DNA from: Camelus ferus
Taxonomy: Eukaryota
DNA: 64,000 bases
Reading direction: 5' to 3'
Assembly (NCBI RefSeq): GCF_009834535.1
Contig: NC_045696.1
Location: 72,356,001 to 72,420,000, forward strand
The notes beneath the pieces were generated by a model that had not been told where the DNA came from, did no database searches, and saw only the letters and a program-made list of their open reading frames with translations. Position 1 is the first letter of the stretch, and each line of letters opens with the position of its first letter. Below, in pieces: positions 52,181-64,000 of the stretch. The translations under genes were made by a program, and so were the position numbers.

Positions 52181-53105
52181 AAGTTAACTTCCCCAGGGCT
52201 GCCTTCATTTCTTGCATCCTAGATAGCTGCTTCTCCCACATTTTCTGATTATTGGAGCCATCTCTGAGTCCTCGCTGGAGCTCAGCAAGATGTCTCCAAC
52301 CCTGCATCTCCAGTATCTTTAGGGAGGGGAGGAGCCTGACACTGACATTTCAGGATCATCTAGAATTTCTGTCATTGTGCTATGGTGGATTTTTACCAAC
52401 CCAAATATAGAGTTTCACACTGATTTTTTTTAACATTTGCAAGACCAATGATTTCAAAATACTTTTCACAACAAATTATATTCAGAAGCCCAATGCATAA
52501 GAAGGCAAAAGTTTATTTAGCTCCTTTGATTGAAGTTGAGGGGAATGGAGGCGTCTTCTCAACCTCATCACCTATCCCTCCAAAAAACTGCCTCCAAAAA
52601 ACTCCTAAGCCTCCACAGAGCGGTTTGAAAATCACTGACATTGTGTCATTTTATAAGAAACAAGAGTCTAGCGAGCAAAGTGATTCAGCTGAGATTACAC
52701 AAGTCCTCAACGTACGGCCAGTCCTTGAATCCAGATACTCTGAGCTCAATTCTTTTGGCCTTCCCAAATTGTGGTTCACCTTCAAGGCAGCTCCAATTAA
52801 CCTTGGCTTTCTAGACTTTTCAAAAACAGCAAAGAGCATCTCTACAAATGTTTCGGTTTCTTCCTTGCTTTTTCTTAAATATCATATTTCATCTTTGCTT
52901 TTTCCCTGATCGTTTTCTTCTATTCTGATCTTACAGAGGTGACTCACTGCAGACATGATAAAATACGAATATTATAGAAGCCTCTCATAGTGTTAAATAG
53001 GTAAGGACTGAAAGTTTTTAAAGGAGTTCCTGTTGTCATGGGCTAGTGAATCAGGCAAGTCATAGCTGAGACATTGCTTAAAATTTTTTCCTTAATAACA
53101 GGCTT

Positions 53106-53108
<3 letters not shown>

Positions 53109-53160
<52 letters not shown>
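53109..53160. repeat. (AC)21 microsatellite with a GCAC-variant tail
   Basis: Uninterrupted AC repeat 53109-53150, then gcacacgcac. Confidence 0.97.
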
Positions 53161-54314
53161 CCTACCATTGCAAGCAATTAGTGACTCTTTCCAGCAGATC
53201 TTATTCCTTGAGTCCAAATAAATCATAAACTATTTAAGTTCTAGTTTTCACAACCTTTTATAAATGTTAGGCACAATTCTCAAACAGTTTCTATGACTAA
53301 CTTCTTTTTTTTAAGGACACATAGTTTTTAATATTTCCAGTATATCTGAATCAATAAGACACCTTTCCACTTATAAAAACTTTACTGTTGGGGTTTGGGG
53401 AGAATCAGTGAATAACACCGGTTTATCAGGCCATCTGGATTTGGAATCAGTAGAGAAAAAGATATAGGACACAGACAAATGAGACCTCAAAACATCAGCT
53501 TTAAAACTGATGAAATCTGGACTGAAAGTCATGCCTTTGGGTGCAATGGGCCTCCTAATACTTCACCTGAATTAAATTTATCCAGTTAGTCACTAGCATG
53601 GCAGGCCTTTTTTAAGGAGGTGAGGGACAGTGGGGTGCAGAGGAAACAGCCTGCATAATAGAAAAGCAGAGCAAACTGTCTCTTTTCTGCTGTTAGGCAG
53701 CAGTGTCTGTCACCAAAATTCAACTATGATTAACTTTTAAATTACTTTATTTCAAAGAGCTCCACTGGGTAAAGACTACAAAGTAAAGTTTACTTTTTTT
53801 GTACTATTTTACTTTAGGAGATGGAAAGGTAAAATTTAGTATCTTGTGCATTTTTAAATATCTAGATGGTGGTCATACTATTCTATATTGAGCCACAATG
53901 ATTCAGTGTTTAACACCAATAGTTGGGGCATAGAAAACCTGTGGTGTGCAAACCTCCTCAGATCCTAAGGTTGGTGAGTAGGGCAATGAGCCTTTAACTA
54001 GATTAACTGATTAGGCTATTCTCATCCAAGGTTACTAATTTTCACCCACACTGGAACTGTATGTGATTCACAGGTTTACAGTGATGCTTTCAATCTATTT
54101 TCTAGTTGATAAGCAAATTATTTAGCATATAAACTACCCTTAAACATCATCAAAATCAATTTTTTAAACAATTAAAATAATGAATATTCTAAGACGAGGA
54201 TTTGATCTGTATCAAGTTGTAAAGGGCCCCATTAACTGTGGCTGGTTTGACTAAAACAAGTTAATCCCATTAAGATGAGCATGCTTAATATAATTAGCTT
54301 TATTGTATCAGTCT

Positions 54315-54422
54315 TTTTTCCCCCAGGTTTATTGAGGTGTTCTTGACATACAGTACTGTATAAATTTAAGGTACATAGCATAATGATTTGACTTAACATA
54401 AATTGTAAAATGATTACCATAT
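54315..54422 (-). mobile_element. Short L1 3'-terminal fragment (L1MA-like)
   Basis: tttattgaggtgttcttgacata...ctgtataaatttaaggtacatagcataatgatttgac. Confidence 0.7.
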
Positions 54423-54984
54423 GATATAAATCTTAATATCATTATTGTGATCATAATTATGATTTATTAAGTGCCCCTTGCTAGTCTTTGGGAGTAAAGA
54501 CTAAGACCAACAATGTCACTGTGCTATAGCGGACACATGGCCAGGAGGTAGAGAATGTAGTTCCAGCTTTAACACAGGCCTTTCTGGAATCCAGTTTCCT
54601 AATCTATGAAATAGTGCGGTTTGACCAGATTAATTTTACTTAATCTGACTTATCTGAACTTCTAAGAATTCATAAAGAAAACAATGAAAAACTGGGGTTC
54701 ATTTTCTGTATTTCAGAAAGTCTAAATGAGATGGCTTATTTATATTAGATGAAGTCCTACAAATAACTTAATGCTCTGGCCATCTAATTATTATATAACT
54801 ATATTAATTTTAAATATTGCTGATTAACTATTGATCTTAACTGTATTATATATTATAGTTTTACATGAATAAAAGTGAAGAAATAATCTATTACTTAGTA
54901 AATAAAATCTGCCAGGAAGAAAAATTCAGAACACAAAGTACATGGAATGTTGGAATGTTTCTTGGTGGTGAAAATTTGGAAACC

Positions 54985-55505
54985 TGTAAGATTCTCAGGC
55001 ATCTCCTAAGAGGACCCTTAATGATCCCTGACTTCTAGTATTCATGCCCTATGTAATCCCCTCCCCTTGAGTGTGTGATTTATTGACTCCATGCTAATGA
55101 ACAGAGTATGGTAGAAGTGATGAGACGTCACTTCTGAGATTAGGTTATGTAAAAATTTCGATTTCCATCTTGCAGGCTCTCTTTTGAATCATTTGCTGTG
55201 GGGAAAGCCTGCTGCCATGTCATGAGGTGACCCTGTGTAGGGACTCAAATAAGTAAGTTTGGAATTAGTTCTGAGGCCTGCCAATAGCCATGTGAGTGAG
55301 CTTGGAAGTAGATCCTCCCACAGTCAAGCCCTGAGATGCAGAAAGCCACAAAGACACCTTGGTTGTTGCCTCATGATAGACCCTGACGCCAGAACTACCT
55401 AGCTGAGCCATTCCCAGATTCCTGACCTATAGAAATTGAGATAATAAATGTTTGTTTCCAGTCTCTAAATTTGGGATATTCTGGTAAGGAATTGATAGCT
55501 AATAT
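54985..55505 (+). mobile_element. MaLR solo LTR (MLT1E-like)
   Basis: attcatgccctatgtaatcccctccccttgagtgtg...gtcacttctgagattaggttat...cccagattcctgacc...gagataataaatg...gatagctaat. Confidence 0.8.
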
Positions 55506-56714
55506 GGACCTTTCACCTTTCCATGTTTTAATTTTCAAATACTTTAAAGAGATTTAAAATATAACAGGGAGACAGCTAATACAAAGAGAGATGGTTGCTA
55601 CTAGAAGTGGGGAAAATAAAGGAGGACAAATAGGAACAGGAAATATCAGGCAAAGGGAAGAGCTGCCCTTGAATACTACAGAACTCTCCTGACTTCTAAA
55701 GAACTTGAACGAGTCCAGTGACCCATCATTATCTTTCGTGAAGAATGAGAGTTATTTTTACTTCTGAGATAGTTGGGTGGGGATTGTGGTGGTAGTCACA
55801 GAGAGCCTCTCCCTTCTTGCATCTCCCCAAAGTCAGAACTTTGGCCTTAGAGTTTCTCATTAAGTTCTCCTTCAAGGGTCACTAAGCTTCACCACCTCAG
55901 TATACATACAAAATATTAGCTGTGTTATCAGCATTATTAGTATGATTATTATAAAAGATGACAGAGGAAGAGCAGAAAAAGAAAAATTCTGTGAAATTAA
56001 AACAGAAGTCTCTAGTTATTTAGTTTTAAAATTATGTTTATTATACACTTTTAGCCTTTATTTAGAAAATGCATGAGGGAGTAGGAAAAGGAGAAGGACA
56101 GAATAATTTTTAAAAAGTAAAAAGAGAGGGAAAAATAAAGAGAAAAAGGGGGAGATTCCCAGTCAGGATAGCTTCGGAAGTTTCTATTTACTTCACTCCA
56201 AATACAGAGCAATGGTAGATAAAATGTGAAAACAGAAAACTGTAGAGACAGATACTAATGAAAACTCAAGATAAATATCACTGTAGACAAGTGGGGGCTG
56301 ACTTCATAATCCTGGACACTCGAGACCTAGAAAGAGGCAGTGGTATGAGTCGTCCTGTGGGGAAATGATTCCATCAAATAAGCAGTCACAGTCAGGAACT
56401 GGAATGGGTAGTCACCTTCTTGATCACTACCAGAGGCTCTGGCTTTACCAGGCATCAGATTCCAGCAAGGTGGGGAGCAGTTTAGTAAGAGGAGGGTAGC
56501 ACAGAGGAAATCTACAGCCTTGTTTATCACTATGAAAGAAGAGCTCTGAAATGCAATTATACAACTTAGTTCTGAAGTACGAACTTGGGAGGTAGATAGA
56601 AGCAACCTCAAAACTGCTAGATGAGGATTGGTAAATACCTAGGCAGAGAGAGAGAGACAGAGAGAAAGAGAATGAGAGCAAGAACCATAAAAATATCAAG
56701 AACCATAAAAATAT

Positions 56715-57010
56715 CAAGAGCCAACATTTGTTAAACTTTTGGTATGTGAAAGGCACAGAGAATGCTTTATATACATAGAATATATGACTTGTGCATTATC
56801 TCAAGAACTCTGAGGTAGTCATTATTTTTATTTTTCTTGTAGTTGTCATCATCATCATCATTAGCATCATCATCTCATCATACTAATGAGGAAACTAAGT
56901 CACAGAGAGGCTAAATAAATTGCCAGGATCACTTGGCCAAGGAATGACAGAACTTAGGTTTGAATCCACGAAGTCTCAGCTGACAGCATGCACGCTAATC
57001 ACTTCACTTT
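56715..57010 (-). mobile_element. MIR SINE relic
   Basis: aatgaggaaactaagtcacagagaggctaaataaattgcc...ggtttgaatcc. Confidence 0.7.
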
Positions 57011-57339
57011 CTGTCTTGAATGCAAAACTCACTTAAAATCTTTCACTCAAATGAACCTACAAACTATATTCCAAATTAATAATCTAATTCTATAAAAAGC
57101 AGGAAGATAATTAATTGAGACATGAATTCAATACAGATGGAATTAGTCTGAAAAAGATTTTAAAATAGATATGTTTACAATGGTGAAAGAAATAAGTGAA
57201 AAATAACTTTTTTTTTAAGAAAGCAAGAAATTTTGAAACAAAAGCAGGAAGGAGTAAAATGGAACAGGTGGATAGGAAAAGAGGTTGATTAGAAATCTTA
57301 GAAATAAACTACATAGTCACGACACAATGACTTTAAATC

Positions 57340-58260
57340 CACAGTTAAGTATCCAAAGCTGGATGTACCCTCTCACTGTATACAGCTAGAAAACTGGACA
57401 AAGTATATTAAATAATTGTTCTCAGATCTTAGACAATAGGCAACACAGGAACGATCACTGGGAAGAGGGAAGTATATGAAGTTTGCTTGGGAATTTCATT
57501 GGCTTTCTTTCTAGAGACACTTTCTGTTCTGTGGCACAGAAATGGGAAACTCGAGAAGAACACATCAGTCTCACTGAGCTGAGGAGACAGAAAACAAAGT
57601 TTCTGGAATTTGAAGCAGCTGGAATTTTCAGAGCAGAGTACAGAGAGGGAAGAGCTGTACAGAGAAAGAGCTCTAGAGATCTGTATATGAGTTCCCTTGA
57701 GTGGCTGGATGACCAGCTACATATTTGAAAATGGACAAAGAAAAATTTCTAGTGAAATATCAGCTATAAAGGAGCCATAATAGGGGCCAGGAAATATTTG
57801 AGTGGAGGCACACAGAGCAGAGATTTCCTTAAACAGCCAGGGAATTTAACAGTGATTCCAAAAGGGATGCACCTTAAGCCTAGGGCTAAGTAGCTTTATA
57901 ACAAAGGCTATTCTGGACCCATGCTAAAAAAGCCTAACAAGCCTTAAAAAGACCAGGCTTATCGCTAAGTAAATGCCCTACAAAACAAGACTCAAGTCTT
58001 TAAAGGAAGAAGAAAAAATCCAGACACTCGACAAAATCCAGACAATCAATATGACACATAAAAATACTTTTCTAGTCATCAAAAATGACAACACTTGCAA
58101 AGAAATAGGAAATATGACCCAGAACCAGAAAAAAAAAATCAGTTAATAGAATAGATGCAGAAACGACAAGAGATGAGGACATTAGCTGACAAGGTTGTTT
58201 AAAAGCTATTATAAATACACTCAGAAGTTGAAATCAAAATATGAAAATAATAAAACAAGA
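57340..58260 (+). mobile_element. Ancient L1M 5'/ORF1-start region
   Basis: cagctagaaaactggacaaag...ggaaatatgacccagaaccagaaaaaaaaaatcagttaatagaa...aaaagctattataaata. Confidence 0.55.
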
Positions 58261-59515
58261 AATACATAATGGAGAAAAGATAGTCTTTTCAATAAGTGGT
58301 TCTGGGAAAACTGAACAGTTACATGTGAAAAATGAAATCAGAACATTCTCTAATACCATATACAAAAATAAACTCAAGAAGGATTAAAGACCTAAATGTA
58401 GACAATAAAACTCAGAGAGGAAAACATAGGTAGAACACTCTTTGACATAAATCGTAGTAGTATCTTTTTGGTTCTGTCTCCTAAAGCAAAGAAAATAAAA
58501 GCAAAAATGAACAATGGAACCTAATTAAACCTAAAAGCTTTTGCATAGCAAAGGAAATCATTGACAAAAGGAAAAGACAGCCTACTGAATGAGAGAAAAT
58601 ATTTCCAAATGATATGACCAATAAGGGGTTAATATCCAACATATACAAACAGCTCATACAACTCAACATCAAAAAAACAAAAGACCCGGTTTAAAAATGG
58701 GCAGAACTGAGTAGACATCTTTCCAAAGAGGAAATGCAGATGGGCAACAAGCACATGAAAAGACCTCAACATTGTTAATCATCAGGAAAATGCAAGTCAA
58801 AACACAATGAGACATCACCTCACACCTGTCAGAATGGCTAGCATCAGAAAGAACACAAATAACAAATATTGGTGAGGATATAGAGAAAAGGGAATCCTCA
58901 TACACTGTTGGCAGGAATGTAAATTAGTGCAGCCACTGTGGAAAACAGTATGGAATTTTCTCAAAAAAATAAAAATAGAGCTACCATATGACCCAGCAGT
59001 TCTACTCCTGGATATATACCCCCCGCCAAAAAACCCCCCCAAAACACTAATTTGAAAAGATACATACACCCCAATGTTCATCACGGCATTATTTACAATT
59101 GGTAAGATACGGAAACAACCTAAGTGTCCATCAACAGGTGAATGGATAAAGAAGATGTGGTACATATATACAATGGAACACTATTCAGCTATAAAAAAGA
59201 ATGGAATTTTGCCATTTGCAGTAATATGGGTGGACTTGGAGGGCATTATACTAAGTGAAATAAGTCAGAGAAAGACAAATACTGTATAATATCACTTATA
59301 TGTGGAATCTAAAAAAAAACCCAAACTAGTGAATATAACAAAAAAGAAGCAGATAGAAAACAAACTAGTGGTTACCTCACTGGTAACACAGGGAATATAG
59401 CCAATATTTTATAATAACTATAAACAGAATATAACCTTTAAAACTGTGAATTACTATATTGTACACTTGTAACTTATATAATATTGTATAGCAACTATAC
59501 TTCAATAAAAAATAT
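58261..59515 (+). mobile_element. 5'-truncated L1 (ORF2 C-terminus and 3' UTR)
   Basis: ORF fragment [30 protein letters not shown]; ends caactatacttcaataaaaaa. Confidence 0.9.
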
Positions 59516-60484
59516 ATAAAGAGTATATTATTTTCTAAGCACTCATCTTTATGAGATCTATTTTTTTCTATTTTGATTGTATCCTATGTAACCTGCCAGA
59601 TGGTAAATTTTATAAATGTTTCATGAGTACTTTTTAAATAGACTAATCTGAAAAAACTGATCAAGAAAATGAAAAGATAGGGGCACAAACTAAAACAATA
59701 TTAAAGTCAAAAGAGATATAATTACAGACAGATTTAAAAAAAATCTTGTGACTAATACAAGTAGCTTTAAATCAATAACTTTGAAACCTTAAATAAGTGA
59801 TTTTTTATAAAGATTTAAATTATCAGAATTGACTCAAGTATAAATGGAAAATTAATTTAATAACTCTCAAAGACATTAAATAGGTAATAATCTCCAATTC
59901 CCAATCTTCCCACATGTACTTAGTCTCAAATTCATGAGGCTTTCATAATTTCCTAAAGTTTCATCAAATATTCAAAAAGATCTGATTAGCCATTATGCCA
60001 TTGTAGAGATTTCTGTGTTATGATTGGTGGTCCATGCACATAATAAAATACTTCATTGGAGATGAAAATGTTAGGAGCCCCTAAGCTAGCAGCACCAAAT
60101 TTCCAGGTCTCCTGGATTTCCTAGTGCACTCATGCTTTCTTCTCCATTTCTTTGCCAAAGTCATTTCTAAAATCCTCTAAAACACATTTCATTGTAAATG
60201 ACTGTTAGCGTAAACTACTACCATATCAGCTGGGGATGATTCTTCAACAAAAAAATGTTTAAGCATCAACTTAGTGGGGAGTATCTTTCACTAGGGGCTC
60301 CTCTGGATCCCAGTAATCAGAGTTGATTTCCTCTTCAGTATGAGAATAACCTGGTTAACCAAGAATAAAATAAAATAAAATCAGAGGTTAAAAATATTAA
60401 CCAAGTGTCCATTTATTAGGCATTTTTTCTAATAATCAAAAATGATTAGCACATTAATTTCCAGAATTAAGTGTTAGGTTTTGA

Positions 60485-60805
60485 TTTGCATTTCTCTGAT
60501 AATGATATTGAGCATTTTTTCATGTGCCTATTGGCCATTGGTATGTCTTCACCAAAGAAATGTTTGTTTAGGCCTTCTGCCCATTTCTTGATTGGGTTGT
60601 TTTTTGTTATTGAGTTGCATGAGCTGTTTGTATATTCTGGAAATTAAGCCCTTGTCAGTTGCATTAGTTGCAAATATTTTCTCCCATTCTGCAGGTCGTC
60701 TTTTAGTTTTGTTTATAGTTTCCTTTGCTGTGCAAAACCTTGTAAGTTTGATTAGGGACCATTTGTTTAATTTTGCTTTTATTTCTATTGCCTTGGTAGA
60801 CTGAC
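60485..60805 (-). mobile_element. Internal L1 ORF2 fragment, no 3' UTR or poly(A), flanked by a direct repeat
   Basis: Antisense ORF2 (gagcattttttcatgtgcctattggccatt...); flanks AAGTGTTAGGTTTTGA (60469-60484) and AAGTGTTAAGTTTTGA (60806-60821). Confidence 0.88.
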
Positions 60806-61476
60806 AAGTGTTAAGTTTTGAAGTACTTGGAAATATGCAGCAAAATCCACTTTGGAATCAATATACTGATCTCTACTTTTCTTTTAAGTGTTCATATTAT
60901 TATATTTGGATAGTAAAAATTACTCTGGTAGCATGGCCAAAGGATGTCTCCTGGTTGCTTTATCCAATACTTTGGGTACCTTGTAACACTGAAGTAGTAT
61001 CATGATGGTTTGGTATCATGGTAAAATGGGATTAAGAAAAATCACCACGAATGTCATGGAATCCTCAAGGGTTATTAAAAAGAAAGGAGATCCCCTCCTT
61101 CCCACATTTTCCTTGGTATAATATTGAAGAGTTCCTGATTTCCAGTTCTATGAAAATGTGAAATGTAGAATTGGAAACTATAAAATCCATAATTTCTAGA
61201 CATATACTTTTGATTGTGTTTGGTCTGAACTGAAAGCACAGAGCATGTACTGAATCATTCAAAAGAAACTGAAAATTGCACACTCCAGGCACACCTTTCA
61301 GTGGTCTACGTCTGTCGTTACAGTATTAACAAAGGCTCTAGGGATGCCGGCAGTCGTATCTACCTACTTTCTTGGGAAGAAAATCTAAAATTAAAAGACT
61401 TAACAAAAGACTATAAGATGGATGGAGATTGTTGTGAAGGAAATGTCCTGGATTTCTTTTTTTATCTGTTGCCTAG

Positions 61477-61547
61477 GAGCCCAGAACCTAACTTACACAA
61501 AATCTTTCCTGGATATACTGTTGCTAATAACCCTAATTGCAAGTCAG
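61477..61547 (+). other. Candidate 71-nt exon
   Basis: Acceptor atttctttttttatctgttgcctag|G and donor CAG|GTAAGA in unique sequence. Confidence 0.3.
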
Positions 61548-63189
61548 GTAAGACATGCAAATTTATCTTTTTTGACATTGTGTATACTTGGGGAGCATAT
61601 AAGCTCAAACTAAAAATGAAATGCTGGGACTGGATAAAACAAAGAATTTTTTTTTGGTAATGGATATGCATGATGAAGGTAAAAATAAAATGAACAGGTC
61701 ACCTAAAGCAAAACAGATGAAAGAATACTTAGAGTTCATAAGAAGTTTTCTTGCAAAAAGATCAAACAATAGTTGAAAGTATATTTAAAAGCTGCATTGT
61801 GGTAAAACTTTTAAAATTCTCCTTTAGGTATTCCATTTAAAAACACACATTAGCTGTTAGGTTAGCATCAAATATGGAAATGTCAAAATGACCACAGTCT
61901 CAGTAAGGATAAAAGGAAAAACAGGGACTTGTTGTAAAAACACATTGTTAACTATATTTGCACCTCTGGTTCACTGACCTTGAGAATTATAGGTCTTTTT
62001 TCTTTACCTTCACAGACAGTTCCATCCGCTAAGAGAATGAACCCCTAATGTTTGGCTAGGTGTGCCTGGGAGTTTTTCTTTGAAGACATTATGTTCCATT
62101 GTAATTGAGTCTTAATTGGACCTATCTCCCTCATTCTCAGAGAATCCTGAACATCTTTTAGAAAGTAGATTTCCTTTTAAACAAAAGTAGTATAAAACAA
62201 CCGCAACACAAACAAACATATGAAGCAGAACTCATTTTGAAGATTTTAGTAACTATGGTTTAATTTTTCAGAAATCATTTAATTACCTTTTCTTCAAGGA
62301 GACAAGGTAGGGAAATCAACCAACTTACACGGATTTGAATAAACCAAGAATTTCTCTCTGCTGGTTTATATAGATCTAAAAGGACATGAAGTGGATATAT
62401 ATCTTGGAGAAATTATGTTGGATAATATGACGTGTTCAGAAGACTTCTAGGTTTATAATTAACAATATACTTACATTTGAAATGTTCTCTTTGGGCCCCA
62501 CTCTCATCTCTGACCATGTGTTGGGCATCTGGGGTGGAAAATTAACCTAAGCTTCTCTTCTAAACACATCTTTATATTTGTGTTAACCAAAATATTAATT
62601 TATTAAGTATAAGTTTCTAAATTTTCAGTCAGTTTAAAAAAAATGAGGGACAGATACCCATACCCTGATATACTGCAATGCCAAATGCATCTCTCATTGT
62701 TTTCCCTCTTGTACTTCCTTATCCCTTCTCTGTCGATTTTGCTTTTTACTAACAGATGAAACAGGGTCATAAATTAACACCATCAATTTCATTTCTTCCC
62801 TGTGACCTCTCCATTTGTCTAGCATTTTTATCAACTGGAAGTGATAAGAAATCCAAACTTAAAAAAGTCACTTTAAAGTAGCAGTAATTTATTCACAACT
62901 CAGACTCTGGGTTCTTTTATTTTAAAATACAAAACTCACCATCTGAAACACACACTATGTGACAGACATGTCACTTCCCTAAGTTGTATTCTAAGAAAAC
63001 CTACACCTGTTTTAATTGGCCCTCTCTTCTCTGACTGATTTGAAGGTTGCTACACATGCCAATGATGAAGTGACATGACCAAAGCTTTCTAGGAACACTG
63101 TTGCTGTATGTAGCAGATTATTATTCTAGGGCTATTTTAAAGGATACTGAGTAAAAATAATGAAAATAAATGAAATAATTTAGGAACAA

Positions 63190-63400
63190 AAACAACCATT
63201 TCTTGAGTACCTACTTTGTACCAGATGTTTTATACACATTTTCCCATTTAACCCTAATAATAACTTTATAAAATATGCATTATTACCTTATTTCATAGCT
63301 CAAGAATCAGAGGTACAGAGGCGTTGAGTAATTTGTGAAACAGAAGAGCTGGGATTCAAACCCAGCTATATCTGACTCTGGAGCCCATGCTCATTCCATG
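63190..63400 (-). mobile_element. MIR SINE relic
   Basis: cttgagtacctactttgtaccag...gctgggattcaaacccagctatatctgactctggagcccatgctc. Confidence 0.8.
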
Positions 63401-64000
63401 TGACAGACTTATTAGGAGGAAAGCAGTGACACATTTTATTTTTATCAGTGGGGGAGTCATGTGGATCAGCCCAGTCCCTGTCATTGGATCTCACTTTTGC
63501 CAAATAAGTCAGCAAGGATAGGAATGATAGTTTGAGTGGATCAGCCCAATTATGAAAAGGAAATTACTGTACCAGAATATTTACATATCTCTAGAGCACC
63601 AATATACAATGTTTACTGTTCATAGACTTTTAATCTAACTTAACTTATATATTTAAGAAAAGAACACCTAACATTTTAGGAACTTTCATATCATCTGGTG
63701 ATTATCTCTAGCCTATAATGAATGAAGAAATTTTATATTATGTTTTTGGTTTGATGGAGAGAATAGGACCTGTGGACTCACATATCTATGTTTTGGAGAT
63801 ATTTTTCAGGAAAGATACTGGGACAAAAGAAAGGGAAGAAGAGAAACAAGTCCCACAGAAATGATCTTGAGTGCTCACACATTCTCCTTAATATTCATAT
63901 GGCAGATGTTTAGTAGGCGTTTGTGGATCAAAGAGAAGTTTAGAAAGGCAAAGAAAAAATGAAAGGAAGCTCTCCTGCGCATATATCCAGAGGGAATCTT

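Noticed and set aside
56679..56719. 18-bp tandem repeat CAAGAACCATAAAAATAT as an array
   Set aside because: Only about two copies with no spacers; ordinary slippage duplication, like the short one at ~48495-48545
1..64000. CRISPR arrays, operons, rRNA/tRNA genes, or a novel multi-gene system
   Set aside because: Mammalian repeat-rich DNA with no repeat-spacer array; the only tRNA-like piece is a SINE B-box, and the remaining short ORFs are consistent with chance or with repeats

Overview
Mammalian nuclear DNA, AT-rich and CpG-poor, intronic or intergenic. It is most likely from a camelid, judged from a camelid-type tRNA-derived SINE fragment and the younger L1 3' UTRs; I recognised these from memory, not by search. 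I can identify no host protein-coding gene, RNA gene or CRISPR-like system. About half the window is interspersed repeat, and 14.6-40.9 kb is dominated by LINE-1. That stretch holds a 5'-intact L1 missing its 3' half (14624-20482), a near full-length decayed L1 with target-site duplications (TSDs) (23749-31246), three TSD-bounded insertions nested inside these two, and a long ancient antisense L1M carrying further insertions. Older L2, MIR, CR1/L3, MLT1 LTR, MER5 and MER2-type relics are scattered throughout. The most unusual observations are atypical retrotransposition products: an L1/mRNA-3'-end chimera (31491-32088), a tailless internally primed L1 fragment with a TSD (60469-60821), and a twin-primed inverted L1 scrap at an apparent deletion junction (20482-20610). 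Unique sequence holds a few candidate spliced exons (best: 9256-9300) and motif-rich candidate regulatory patches. I found no convincing novel multi-gene system. Repeat subfamily names and old-repeat boundaries are approximate by-eye calls.
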